Shown: positions 52,703-63,408 of the stretch, in pieces
How positions within the stretch are numbered: position 1 is the first letter of the stretch
How the letters are laid out: every line of letters starts with the position of its first letter
NCBI GenBank assembly: GCA_963720565.1
Contig: CAVRFW010000012.1
Location: 64,001-128,000, forward strand
Origin: Candidatus Bathyarchaeota archaeon
GTDB lineage: Archaea > Thermoproteota > Bathyarchaeia > Bathyarchaeales > Bathycorpusculaceae
Length of the DNA stretch: 64,000 nucleotides
Reading direction: 5' to 3'
Program-made: the position numbers and the translations under genes
The notes under the pieces: model-generated
What the model saw: the letters and a program-made list of their open reading frames with translations, nothing else
Told to the model about the DNA's origin: nothing
Databases searched by the model: none

Positions 52703-53596
52703 ATGACTAAAACAAGAATTAGACGAAGCATGCTCGCGCAACTGATCCCTGGAATTGCATCATTAGCCAAGAGGGGCTTAGCAGGATGGCTGGTCCTTTT
52801 CGGGGCGACACTCACTGTGGCAATAATAGTGATGACTCTATTATCCCCTTGGCTTTCTCCTTACAACCCGTCCAAGACTAGAGTGGGAGAGCCCTTGTTG
52901 CCCCCCAGCTCCGAATTCTTGTTTGGAACAGATGATTTAGGCAGAGACATGTTTAGCCGCGTCCTTTCGGGGGGCGGAATAATGCTTCAAGTTTCGATTC
53001 TGTCCGTGTTTGTCTGCATCATGATAGGTGTCCCGCTGGGTCTATTCTCATCCTACACGGGAGGCGCAGTCGACAAATTCGTGAACCTAATCATGGACAG
53101 CGTCTACGCTTTTCCCGGACTAATTCTTGCAATAGCGCTAACCATAGTTTTTGGCACAGGAGTGATAAACATGGCGGTGTCTATTGCGGTAGTCTATGTT
53201 CCTTCATACTTCAGAGTAATTCGAAGTCAAGTGCTAAGCATAAAAGAACTGCCTTACGTTGAGGCAGCTAACGCTGCCGGCGCTAAAAAACGCACAGTAT
53301 TATCGCGTTACATCTTGCCCAATGTTTTTCCATCTGTAGCTGTAGTTTCCACCGTGAATTTTGCCGATGCGATACTGACGGCTGCAGGGCTGACATTCAT
53401 CGGCATGGGCGTGTCCGCGAGCATTCCGGATTGGGGGTGGGACCTGCAAAACGGACGGAGACTCTTGGTGAGTGGCGACTGGTGGGTCATAGCCTTTCCG
53501 GGTTTGATGATTATCCTTCTGGCTTTGGGTTTTGCTCTGATGGGTGAGGGTTTAAGCGAACTACTAAATCCGAAACTGGAACAGACAGGTGAATAG
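52703..53596 (+). CDS. dppC: Peptide ABC transporter permease
   Basis: FGTDDLGRD, YVEAA..AGA, ILPN. Confidence 0.93.
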   Translation: MTKTRIRRSMLAQLIPGIASLAKRGLAGWLVLFGATLTVAIIVMTLLSPWLSPYNPSKTRVGEPLLPPSSEFLFGTDDLGRDMFSRVLSGGGIMLQVSILSVFVCIMIGVPLGLFSSYTGGAVDKFVNLIMDSVYAFPGLILAIALTIVFGTGVINMAVSIAVVYVPSYFRVIRSQVLSIKELPYVEAANAAGAKKRTVLSRYILPNVFPSVAVVSTVNFADAILTAAGLTFIGMGVSASIPDWGWDLQNGRRLLVSGDWWVIAFPGLMIILLALGFALMGEGLSELLNPKLEQTGE

Positions 53597-53628
53597 TCAC
53601 GACAGATGAGCTGCTAAAGGTTGAGTCT

Positions 53629-54576
53629 TTGACCGTGGAGTACTGGACAAGAAATGGTAACCTCCGCGCCGTAGATGATGTTTCCTTCTCCGTGAGAAAA
53701 GCCGAGACATTGGGCATAGTTGGGGAGTCGGGTTCAGGAAAATCTACGTTAGGCCTGTCTCTTATAGACTTGATTCCGTATCCTGGCAAGCTGACCAGAG
53801 GCAAAATAATTCTCAACGGCAAAGAGGTGTTAAAGCTTCCCAAAGATGAGTTGCGCAACCTCAGAGGAACAGAAGTCTGCTACGTTTTCCAAGATCCTAT
53901 GACTTCATTGAATCCGGTCAAGAAAATTGGGGCTCATTTTGTAGAACTGATCAGGACTCATGACGCCAATGTGTCTGAGAAGGATGCTATTGAACAGGCT
54001 AGAAAACTGCTTCGCGATGTTGGCATTCAGCCTGATAGAGTGGATGATTATCCTCACCAGCTCAGCGGGGGAATGAGGCAACGGGTGATGATTGCCTTGG
54101 CCATAGCTTTGAATCCGAGTATTGTTGTGGCAGATGAACCCACGACGGCGCTGGACGTCATTGTGCAGGCGAAAATTCTGGATCTGCTGAATACATTGCG
54201 TGACACTTACGGGATGGCTCTCATCCTGATAACTCATGATTTGAGCATCGTGCTCCAGAGAAGCGACAACATAATTGTCATGTACGCTGGGCAAATAGTT
54301 GAGTATGCTCCAAGCGAAGAAGTATATGCAAAGCCAGAGCATCCCTATACTCAGGGGCTTCTCAAGTCGATTCCCAATATTGAAATCGCTGATCAGAAGC
54401 TGGAAGCGATCGCAGGCTATCCGCCGCACCTGCTTAACTTGCCGGGTGGGTGTCGATTCTGGCCTCGCTGCAAGTTTGTCTTTGACAGGTGCCGAATGGA
54501 AAATGTTCCGCTTTTCAAAACTGGAAAAAACCGTCTCGTTCGCTGCTTCCTCTACGAGGAGGGAAGAATAGAATGA
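53629..54576 (+). CDS. dppD: Peptide ABC transporter ATP-binding protein (start may be near 53593)
   Basis: GESGSGKS, FQDPMTSLNP, LSGGMRQR, ADEPTTALD, HPYT. Confidence 0.93.
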   Translation: MTVEYWTRNGNLRAVDDVSFSVRKAETLGIVGESGSGKSTLGLSLIDLIPYPGKLTRGKIILNGKEVLKLPKDELRNLRGTEVCYVFQDPMTSLNPVKKIGAHFVELIRTHDANVSEKDAIEQARKLLRDVGIQPDRVDDYPHQLSGGMRQRVMIALAIALNPSIVVADEPTTALDVIVQAKILDLLNTLRDTYGMALILITHDLSIVLQRSDNIIVMYAGQIVEYAPSEEVYAKPEHPYTQGLLKSIPNIEIADQKLEAIAGYPPHLLNLPGGCRFWPRCKFVFDRCRMENVPLFKTGKNRLVRCFLYEEGRIE

Positions 54577-55565
54577 GCCAAGACGAGATCCTCAGGGTAG
54601 AGCATTTGAAAAAGTATTTTCCAGTTGAGAAGAGTTTTCTGGAGAAGACGTTCACTCGCAACAGACACTTTGTCAAGGCAGTTGATGACGTCAGTTTCAG
54701 CGTGTCTAAGGGCGAGATTTTTACGTTGGCTGGCGAAAGCGGATGCGGAAAAACCACAACGGGCAAACTCGCTGTCAGATTAATCCCGCCTACGAGTGGA
54801 AAAATCTTCTTCGACGGCGCTGAAACCACCAGCCTTGACGATGAATCTTTGCGTGTGCTAAGAAGAAGAATGCAGATAATCTTTCAAGATCCCTATGCTT
54901 CGTTCAATCCTCGAATGAGAATAGGAGATGCCGTGGGGCATCCTCTTGAGATTCACGGAATAGCAGATCATGATGAAAAGAAGCAAACAGTCATGGAAAT
55001 CCTAGACAGGGTAGGATTGTCGCCTCCTGAGAAGTTTTTGGATTTGTATCCTTACCAGATGAGTGGCGGTCAGAGACAGCGTGCTGCCATAGCGAGGGCT
55101 CTGATACTTCGACCAGAATTTGTTGTTGCAGACGAACCGGTTTCAATGATTGATGTATCGCTGAGAACAGCAATAATTGATCTGATGCTGAACCTTAGGA
55201 AAGACTTTGGGCTTACATATCTCTTCGTCACGCACGACTTGGCAGTGGCTAAGTACATTTCAGACAGGATAGCCATCATGTATCTCGGAAGAATCGTTGA
55301 GATTGGAGACCGAGAGACAATATTCTCGGATCCCCTTCATCCGTATACGCAAGCTTTGCTTTCGGCGATACCGGTGCCCGTTCCGGAAAGAAAGCGTAAA
55401 CACATTGCACTGCAAGGAGATGTTCCTTCGGCCATAGACATACCTTCAGGCTGTCGTTTCCACACGCGCTGCAGCTACGCAGACAAAACATGCAAAGAAG
55501 CAGAACGAGAGCTTATTCCGGTCTCACCGAATCACTACGTAGCTTGTAGCCGATGCAAGAACTAG
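54573..55565 (+). CDS. dppF: Peptide ABC transporter ATP-binding protein
   Basis: GESGCGKT, MSGGQRQR, ADEP, GCRFHTRC. Confidence 0.93.
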   Translation: MSQDEILRVEHLKKYFPVEKSFLEKTFTRNRHFVKAVDDVSFSVSKGEIFTLAGESGCGKTTTGKLAVRLIPPTSGKIFFDGAETTSLDDESLRVLRRRMQIIFQDPYASFNPRMRIGDAVGHPLEIHGIADHDEKKQTVMEILDRVGLSPPEKFLDLYPYQMSGGQRQRAAIARALILRPEFVVADEPVSMIDVSLRTAIIDLMLNLRKDFGLTYLFVTHDLAVAKYISDRIAIMYLGRIVEIGDRETIFSDPLHPYTQALLSAIPVPVPERKRKHIALQGDVPSAIDIPSGCRFHTRCSYADKTCKEAERELIPVSPNHYVACSRCKN

Positions 55566-55776
55566 TGCGCTGTTGAGCAGTTGCGTCTTGGCAATTTGAC
55601 GGTGAAATGAGTGGATAAGCAGTTTTAGGAACAGACTACTTCTTCCATTCTCTTGCCTTGTTCCGGCGCGTTTGGAAAGTAGTAACTTGAAAGTGATTTG
55701 CCGGGAAAAGATTATGAGTGAGCATGCGAAGAAGCATGTTGCGTCTTAACCGTTTTGGAAGAGGAACAATAGTTCG

Positions 55777-56046
55777 ATGAGCGTCATTGAAGATTATGTG
55801 GCGGGTATAGAGGGAACATGTGGCCAAGAAGGAAGTGTCATTGTAACATTCAAGTACGACAAGAAGGATGAAGCCTTGGCTAAGATACATAAAAGGGCCA
55901 AGCTGAAGAATTCTATTTCTGGAGTAATCTTTGAATTCGTTTTTCAGGGTTTTAGTTTTCGAGTGTTCCCAACTGGGAAAGCGATTTTTAGCAGTGTCCC
56001 AAGCAAAGAAATGCTAAGAAGTATTCTCAAAAGCCTTCTTCTCTAA
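55777..56046 (+). CDS. Small hypothetical protein
   Basis: 89-aa ORF with a GAGGA RBS and normal composition. Confidence 0.6.
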   Translation: MSVIEDYVAGIEGTCGQEGSVIVTFKYDKKDEALAKIHKRAKLKNSISGVIFEFVFQGFSFRVFPTGKAIFSSVPSKEMLRSILKSLLL

Positions 56047-56072
56047 ACACTGAATTGCGTGTCCGCGGAGAG

Positions 56073-56795
56073 CTAGACTTGAGGATTACTTAACTTGGGT
56101 TTCAGGTTTGCCTCTTTAACGTCCATGTAGAGCCAGTTTCTCTTCCAAGCTTTTGTTTTTTCCTTGCGATCCTTCTTTTTGAACTTGGCTATCTCAACAC
56201 GCTCTTTGAACACTGGTGAGTCAACAACCATCGTGTGATACCCTTGTCCGTCTTCGCTGCAAACGTCTATTCCTTGCTTGTCCGCTAGTTCTTTCAATTC
56301 TTTGATAGAGTTCTTATCGAGTTCACGACCGAGCCACTCTTTGTTTATGAAGTCCAGGTTTATGCAGTTCATGATGGGTCTGATGCCTGCATTTATTTCC
56401 TCTTTCAGAACATCGTAGGTATCCTTTGACGGGTTTTCGTTAGGCATCATCAGCTTCAGGCCCAGCTGTTCACACATTGTGTCATAGTACGTTTGATGTA
56501 TTTGCGCACAGCCTGCACCCTTAATATCTCCCACTACGACGCCTTCAATTCCTTCTTCTCTAGTAAGGCGGGCAAGTATTGCAAGGATATCTTCGTACGC
56601 TTTTCTGATTTTAACTTTCATAAGAGGAGTTCCAAGAGTCTTGGATTGGAGTTCCATTATTTTGAAGCTGTGGAAAATGTAGGGTTCAGCGTACATGTAA
56701 GAGAGAAGGTATTTCACTTCGTGACCTTGAGATAAGACCTTCTGATATGCTAAGCAACATTCCTTTCCGCCGCTCCAGTGAATAGCAACCTTCAT
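56073..56795 (-). CDS. Diphthine-ammonia-ligase-like PP-loop ATPase
   Basis: WSGGKEC (variant of SGGKDS), GD, WLGR, C.E.G..YHT.V.DSP.F. Confidence 0.8.
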   Translation of the reverse strand: MKVAIHWSGGKECCLAYQKVLSQGHEVKYLLSYMYAEPYIFHSFKIMELQSKTLGTPLMKVKIRKAYEDILAILARLTREEGIEGVVVGDIKGAGCAQIHQTYYDTMCEQLGLKLMMPNENPSKDTYDVLKEEINAGIRPIMNCINLDFINKEWLGRELDKNSIKELKELADKQGIDVCSEDGQGYHTMVVDSPVFKERVEIAKFKKKDRKEKTKAWKRNWLYMDVKEANLKPKLSNPQV

Positions 56796-57070
56796 TTAGC
56801 CAATTCAACCTTGAAGGGCAAAAACACTTTTGGCTAATAAGCCTTCTGCAATTGCGTTGGTCGGCAACAGCGCGCGTTGGAAGTACCGGGTTAGTTCTTC
56901 AGAGATATGCATGTTTGATTTTTGAGTCTGTCATTGACCAGCGGTGTTACTGGTTTCTTGGTCAAGGCAGCGTATTACATGTGGTACCGACATGGCAACT
57001 TTTTCATTAGCGCGCTGAGAAAGTATTTAGATACTTTGAGGTGACTATTTCTAAAGAAGAAGGAGATAAT

Positions 57071-58500
57071 ATGGTCAAGGTTGTTTTTGTTGAGCCACCC
57101 AAAGACTACTGGTTTGTTATGGGTGAATACCTTCCGCCCCCCTATGGACTTCTTCAGCTCGCAGGTTATTTAGAAACGAAGATGCCCGAAGTCGAGATCG
57201 AAGTCTTAGATTGTCAGGCCCTGTCTCTGGATTGGAAGGGTTTAGAAAGAAAGCTGGAGACTTCTGATCCTGATGTTGTTGCAACAAGCGGTTTTGCCAC
57301 GTGTAATGTGTATGTTGCTGCAAGAACCTTTGAAACCGCAAAGAAACTAAAACCAGAAGTGCTCACAGTTGCCGGAGGGCAACACTTCACAGCCACCGCT
57401 CAAGAAAGCCTTGAGCAGTACCCGGAAATTGACGTTGTAGTCAGGGGAGAGGGAGAAGAAACGCTAGTTCAACTGGTTAAGGCCGTAGATGAAAAAAGGG
57501 TTTTCTCTGGAATAGAGGGCGTTTCTTTCAGGAATGCGGACAGGATTCTGCACAATTCTCCTCGTTCTCTTCATCGGTAATCTGGATAATTTGCCTTTTC
57601 CAGGGTATCATTTTGTTAAGGACTACGCGCACCGTTATCATTTCGCGATGATGGCTGGCTCTGATGCGAGGTATGGAATGGTTGAGGCTTCAAGGGGATG
57701 TTCGCATCACTGCACGTTTTGTTCACAGTGGAAGCATTGGCAAGGCTCGTGTAGGCACAAATCCGTGAAACGTGTGGCCGACGAGATCGAGTTTCTCTAC
57801 AACAACTACGGGAGCAGACTTCTTTGGCTTGACCGATGACAATTTTGGGTTTGGTCCGCGAATGGAGAATCTGTGTGATGAGCTGATTGGGCGTGGTTTT
57901 TCGGACGATATTACTTGTTTCATGCAGGCTCGGGTTGATGATGTTGTTCGAAATTCGCATCTTCTGCCAAAAATGAGCAGAGCAGGAATCAACTGGTTAC
58001 TTCTTGGAGTGGAGAGCGGTAGCCAAAGCAATCTTGATGGTTTCCGCAAGGGCACTAAGCCTGAAGAGGCGGTTGATGCCGTACGATTGTTGAAACAGAA
58101 TGGCATATTCTCTCAAGCATCATGCATAATCGGAAACCGCCAGGACTCCAGTGATTCAATCGAGAATTTGAGGGAATTTGTCAATGGGTTGGATCCTGAC
58201 CTTGCAATTTTCATGATTCTGACGCCTTTTCCTGGAACGGACCTATATGAGGAGGCAAAACTCAAGGGTTGGATAGAGAACTGGAACTGGGCTGATTATG
58301 ACATGATCCACGCCATAATGCCGACGGAATCCTTGAGCATAGAGCAGTTGCAGCATGAGCTCTACAGGTGCTATCGTGGCTTTTTCGGGTCTTGGAGCAG
58401 GGTAGCAGAAGGCTTTTTCTCGAAAAACAGCGCAAAAAGGAGAGTTTACAGATATTTTGCGCGGCAGAGTGTTCTAAGACAGTTAAAGAATCTGGTTTGA
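57071..58500 (+). CDS. Cobalamin-binding radical SAM protein, two frameshifts
   Basis: PPYGL, GGQH, GEGE, SRGCSHHCTFC, DDNF, GVESG, TPFPGT. Confidence 0.9.
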
Positions 58501-58513
58501 GGATGATTGTTAC

Positions 58514-59287
58514 TTGATTTTAAAGATCAAGAACCGTCGTGACCTGACTCTAATTTTCTTAACGCTATCTTCAATATTCGGTCTGGTTCTATCCCTCTTG
58601 TTTGTTGGATACCCTCCTATTCTTGGAGACGATTGGGCATTTCGCAGTTTGATTGCGGGATCTGCGTTTTGTGCAGTGTGCATCTTGGGAATCTTTGCTG
58701 CCCTTTTTCCCCGTTCATGTTCAAAGATGCCGAGTTTTGGGAAAAGCAATGGAGACCAAGAGAACCGTTCTTTAATCCACGAAAAGAATTTGCGTGCACA
58801 CCATCCCCTATGCGGTAACTATTCTACCCACATCTTGCATATCGGCAATAGAAGACTGTGTGCAACTTGCACGGGGCTTTCGGTTGGCGCCTTCGGCGTT
58901 ATCGTTGGCACGATTATGTATTTCTTCGGAGGCTTTCGCGTTGGAGCGCCGCATGTGTTGGTGCTGATAGGAGGGTTGGCTGTCATTGCAGGTTTATTGC
59001 AGTCTGCACTGCCAAAGCTAAGCAACGGTTATGCTAGGTTTTTCTTTAGCATCATCTTCGTTTCAGGATGTTTTCTTATGATAGTCGGTTTGGATGCAGC
59101 GGTCGAGAGTATCACAATTGACCTCTTCTTTGTCGCTCTTTCTATACTCCTGATTATGACGAAGATAGCCTTCTCCCAGCGGATCATCTCGAGACGTGCT
59201 CAAACTGCTCAATGGAATCTTGCAAACCAGACAGAAAGTAAGGGCGGCGTTAAGGGTTTGTTTTGGAACGAGTTATTTTGTAAATAG
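58514..59287 (+). CDS. Membrane protein with a His/Cys motif (DUF2085-like)
   Basis: AHHPLC...LCATCTG; multiple TM segments. The 3' end is probably frameshifted. Confidence 0.65.
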   Translation: MILKIKNRRDLTLIFLTLSSIFGLVLSLLFVGYPPILGDDWAFRSLIAGSAFCAVCILGIFAALFPRSCSKMPSFGKSNGDQENRSLIHEKNLRAHHPLCGNYSTHILHIGNRRLCATCTGLSVGAFGVIVGTIMYFFGGFRVGAPHVLVLIGGLAVIAGLLQSALPKLSNGYARFFFSIIFVSGCFLMIVGLDAAVESITIDLFFVALSILLIMTKIAFSQRIISRRAQTAQWNLANQTESKGGVKGLFWNELFCK

Positions 59288-59582
59288 CGCCTGCAATCAT
59301 CAAAACGCCGAAGACTATAATAATTAACCACCAGAAATTAACCGTCTGAGATAACCATCCAGTTTGCTGAAGCAGCATAGAAACTCCCCACAGCAGTATT
59401 ATCATGCCGACTACGATTCCAGCGATTGAGCCGCCGTGAGGAAGACCAAAACATTCTTGTTCCGCTTTTCTGCGTTCATATCGACGCGAAGCAACGGTAC
59501 CGGTTATCAGTCCTGCCCCACATTTCACGCAAAATTCCGCAGTGTCCTCATTCTTAGTGCCACATTTCGGGCAATATACCAT
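59250..59582 (-). CDS. Zinc-ribbon membrane protein
   Basis: YCPKCG..N...AEFCVKCG followed by two TM segments. Confidence 0.85.
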   Translation of the reverse strand: MVYCPKCGTKNEDTAEFCVKCGAGLITGTVASRRYERRKAEQECFGLPHGGSIAGIVVGMIILLWGVSMLLQQTGWLSQTVNFWWLIIIVFGVLMIAGAIYKITRSKTNP

Positions 59583-59894
59583 TTTTTCACCCGTTAATGG
59601 ATTTTGTTAAGGTTTGTTAATAAAACTTTTGTCACATTGGCGCCAAGTTGTTTTGCACGCTCTGCAACCTTCTGCGAGCATAAACGCGCTACCTTACACT
59701 TCTCCAAGGATTTGAATCTGAAGTTCGGCTAGCGCATCTGCGGATTTAACCCAAATTAAACAAACTGCATAATCCGTCTAATAGTATGAAAAAATAGAAC
59801 TTTCTCACCCCGGCGCGTGCAATTTCTGGAGGAAAAGCTTTCCCAAGCGAAAAATTCAAGTGCAACCATCAGAATACCTTCTTCTTGTGAGAGT

Positions 59895-60104
59895 ATGCAC
59901 GTAGTCAAAATTGTAGAGCTGATAGGTTCTTCACCTCAAGGTTGGCAAGAGGCAACACAGGCCGCACTTAATGAAGCTGCCAAGACAGTCAAAAACATAA
60001 AGGGCATTCACGTAAAAAGATGCACTGCCAAAGTGCAAAACAACAAGATTGTGGAGTACAGAGCAGTAGTCAAAATAGCTTTTGCAGTAGAGCACGAGCG
60101 TTAG
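59895..60104 (+). CDS. Dodecin-family flavin-binding protein
   Basis: VVKIVELIGSSPQGWQEA...AAKTVKNI...EYRAVVKIAF. Confidence 0.9.
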   Translation: MHVVKIVELIGSSPQGWQEATQAALNEAAKTVKNIKGIHVKRCTAKVQNNKIVEYRAVVKIAFAVEHER

Positions 60105-60352
60105 AATCTTCCATTTTCTTTTCTTAGTTCTTGCTTATTACGTTTGACTAGTATACAGTGAAGTAGTCAGAGTAGATGGTATAACCGTGAATGTTAAGTG
60201 CTAAGCGGTAATTTTCTGAGGGCAAAGCGGTGCTAAAGCTCAAAGTCACGTTTTTTGTGAATTAGCTGGCAGAATACATACAATAAATCGTTGCACTGAA
60301 TGCCCACTCCCATCGCGCGCGCTCATATTGCAGGTACCAAATTGCCTTGCTT

Positions 60353-60508
60353 ATGTTCTCAGGTGCCTTGTCAACGGTTTTTTCATTACTGCTGCTCATG
60401 GGTGTTCAGGTTTTCTCATCTTCGCCAAGTTTCATCGTTTTGCTTGCCATGGGTTTTACAGGTGTGGCTAACCTCATTTGCGGTTTGCTCTTGCTTGCCT
60501 CAGAATAA
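60353..60508 (+). CDS. Small two-TM peptide, possibly 5'-truncated
   Basis: MFSGALSTVFSLLLLMGVQVFSSSPSFIVLLAMGFTGVANLICGLLLLASE*. Confidence 0.4.
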   Translation: MFSGALSTVFSLLLLMGVQVFSSSPSFIVLLAMGFTGVANLICGLLLLASE

Positions 60509-60594
60509 CTGGATTTTTGAAGACTTTTCGTTTTAACCGTAGTGCGGGGTCTAGATCAGGAACAGACAAGAAGCGGGTTGGACGCCAACTCGCT

Positions 60595-63309
60595 TCATCG
60601 CCTTGCTGCTTTGCTAATGACGAATTTCCTCAGTTCCTCAGCGATAAAGACCGAACTTGAAACGAGAATTACCAACAGCCAGTCCCAAACTGAGAGCGAA
60701 GTTGTGCCCAAGGCACTCTGCAATGGAGGAAAAACAGTCGCCAACACCTGCAGTGAAACGGAGGCGGCAAGCCCTGCCAACAGGTATTTGTTGGTAGTCA
60801 AACCAATCTTGAATACAGAAGTTGTCCTTGACCGGCAATTCACTGCATTGAAAATTTGAAACATCGCTATGACGGTGAAAGCTATGGTCTGAGCCCTTTG
60901 AAGGTTTCCATTGTTCAATTCACTTGTGAAAAGCCCCAAGGTTCCAATTGCCATGAAGACACTCACGTAGACAATATTCAATATCATGTCCCGGTTGATT
61001 ATTCTCTCCTTAGGTTTTCTAGGAGGCATATCCATAACACCTTTTTCCTTAGGCTCCATAGCGAGGAACTTATCTAGCAAACCATCAGTCACCAAGTTGA
61101 CCCATAGTATCTGAACTGGCGTGAAAATAAGGGGAACACCTGGCAGAAGAACCAATGCAGCCAGCATCGTAACGATTTCCCCGGTATTGGTTGAGATGAG
61201 GTACTTAACGACTTTCCTTATATTCTCAAAAACCACACGCCCCTCTTCCACAGCGCTAACTATGCTTGCAAAATTGTCATCCGTTAAAACCATATCAGCA
61301 GTCTCTTTCGTCACGTCGGTTCCCGTTATGCCCATTGCAACGCCGATTTCCGCTGTCTTTAGAGCCGGAGCATCGTTGACTCCGTCTCCTGTCATGGCAA
61401 CTATGTGACCTTTCCTTCGCAAAGACTCGACGATTCGATACTTATTTGTCGGAGACACACGAGCAAACACAGATGTCTCATTTATGACTGCATCCAATTC
61501 CTCATCAGACAAACCGTCAAGGTCAGCACCGCTGAGGGCCTGCGTCTCTTTCTCCAAAATGCCTATTTCTTTAGCAATGGCAATTGCGGTAATCTTGTGA
61601 TCGCCTGTCGCCATTACTACCTTGATACCTGCATTCTTGCAAAGCGAAATCGCAGATTTAGCCTCGGCTCTTGGCGGGTCAATCATTCCTGCCAGCCCAA
61701 TAAAAACCAGTTGGGCTTTGCCACGTTGGATATCGAACTTGATGTTGTCAATTTCACTCTTGTCAAAAGTTAAATAAGCAATTCCTAGTACTCTCAGAGC
61801 TTCACTGGCCATATGCGTGCTGACTGCCAAAAGCTCTTTTTTCTTTTGACGTGTTAGCGATTTCACTTGGTCGACTTGAATATCACTACACATTTCAAGG
61901 ACGGTTTCCGGAGCGCCTTTAACATAGACGCTGAGTTTTTCCTTCGAGATTTCATGGAAAGTAGCCATGTATCTATCCTTTGAGTCAAAGGGAATCTCGT
62001 CAATGCGTGGATATTTTTCCTCTAGAGTGTCTTTTTGGAATCCCGCTTTTGCTGCGGCGACGATCAGCGCTCCTTCGGTTGGGTCGCCATAGATTTCCCA
62101 TCGACTGTCTCTATCGGTCTTATGCTGTCTTAGTCTTGTATCGTTGCAGAGAACAGCAGCTTGAAGCAATAAACTCAACGATTCATCCTTGGCTGCATCT
62201 ACCTTGTTGCCATCTAATTCGAAGTCTCCATGCGGATAGTATCCTACACCCGTAACGCTGACCAATCTGTTGTTTGCGAATATCTGTTGGGTAGTCATCT
62301 GATTCGTAGTCAACGTTCCAGTCTTGTCAGTACAAATCACAGTGGCCGAACCCAAAGTGTCAACAGCCTGCAACTTCCGGATAATGGCGTTCCGCTTAGC
62401 CATCCTGTGAACACCAATGGCTAATGTAATGGTGATCACGACAGGAAGCCCCTCTGGAATAGCCGAGACCGCTGCCGCTAAAACGAACAAGAACGCCTCG
62501 AGAAACTCAAACCCGCGCAGCAGGCTAATTGCTAAAATTAAGCCACTTGCCACCAGCGCGAATAATCCTAGCTTCTTGCTGAGGTCTGCGGTCTGCTTTT
62601 GAATCGGAGTAGCAGCCTTCTCAGTCTCCTTGATCAGTCTGGCTATTTTGCCAATTTCCGTTTTCATGCCTGTTGACGCAACAACAGCTTTCCCTCTTCC
62701 ACGGGTAACCATGGTCCCAGAAAACGCCATGTTCACCCTGTCAGCCACTGCCAAGTCCCTTTCAAGGGGGCTATTCGTTTTCTTCACGGGAAGCGATTCG
62801 CCTGTTAGCATGGATTCGTCGATTTCAAGATTCATCGCCTCTAGAACGCGGGCATCAGCTGGAACCTTCGTCCCAGCTTCCAACGCTATTACGTCGCCAA
62901 CTACGATTTCTTTCGCCTTGATGCGCATCTCAATGGCATTTCGAACTACCTCGGCCTCGGGGGCAGCCAAAGTTTTCAAGGCTTGAAGAGCTGCCTCCGC
63001 CTTGTATTCCTGGAAGAAACCTATGATAGCATTAAGAGCTATAACGACGATTATGACTATCATATCGATGTATTCGTCAACGAAAAACGAAATCAAAGCT
63101 GCAACGACAGAACTGCGACTAGGGGACTCCGCAATTGACCTATAAGCATGCCAAGTTTTGATGATTTGGCTTCTTCTTCCAGCTCGTTTGCACCATGAAT
63201 CTGAAATCGATTGTTTGCTTCAGCTGACAGTTAAACCTTGTCTGCTTGTTTCCAGTTTCAAGAGAACCTGCTCGACTTCTATAGAATGCCAGGCTTCTTC
63301 TCCGCTCAA
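60595..63309 (-). CDS. P-type (IIA, Ca2+-like) cation-transporting ATPase, frameshifts at the N-terminus
   Basis: TGES, PEGL, DKTGTLT, KGAPE, TGDGVND. The N-terminus MSGEEAWHSIE starts at TTG 63309. Confidence 0.95.
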
Positions 63310-63408
63310 AGTAGCTCCCCCTGCCACGTGACTCCCAGGGTTAATCGGGAAATACGTAATAAAATTTGCGCCACTATCAGCTTATCACATTTGCGGGGCG
63401 ATTGGTGC

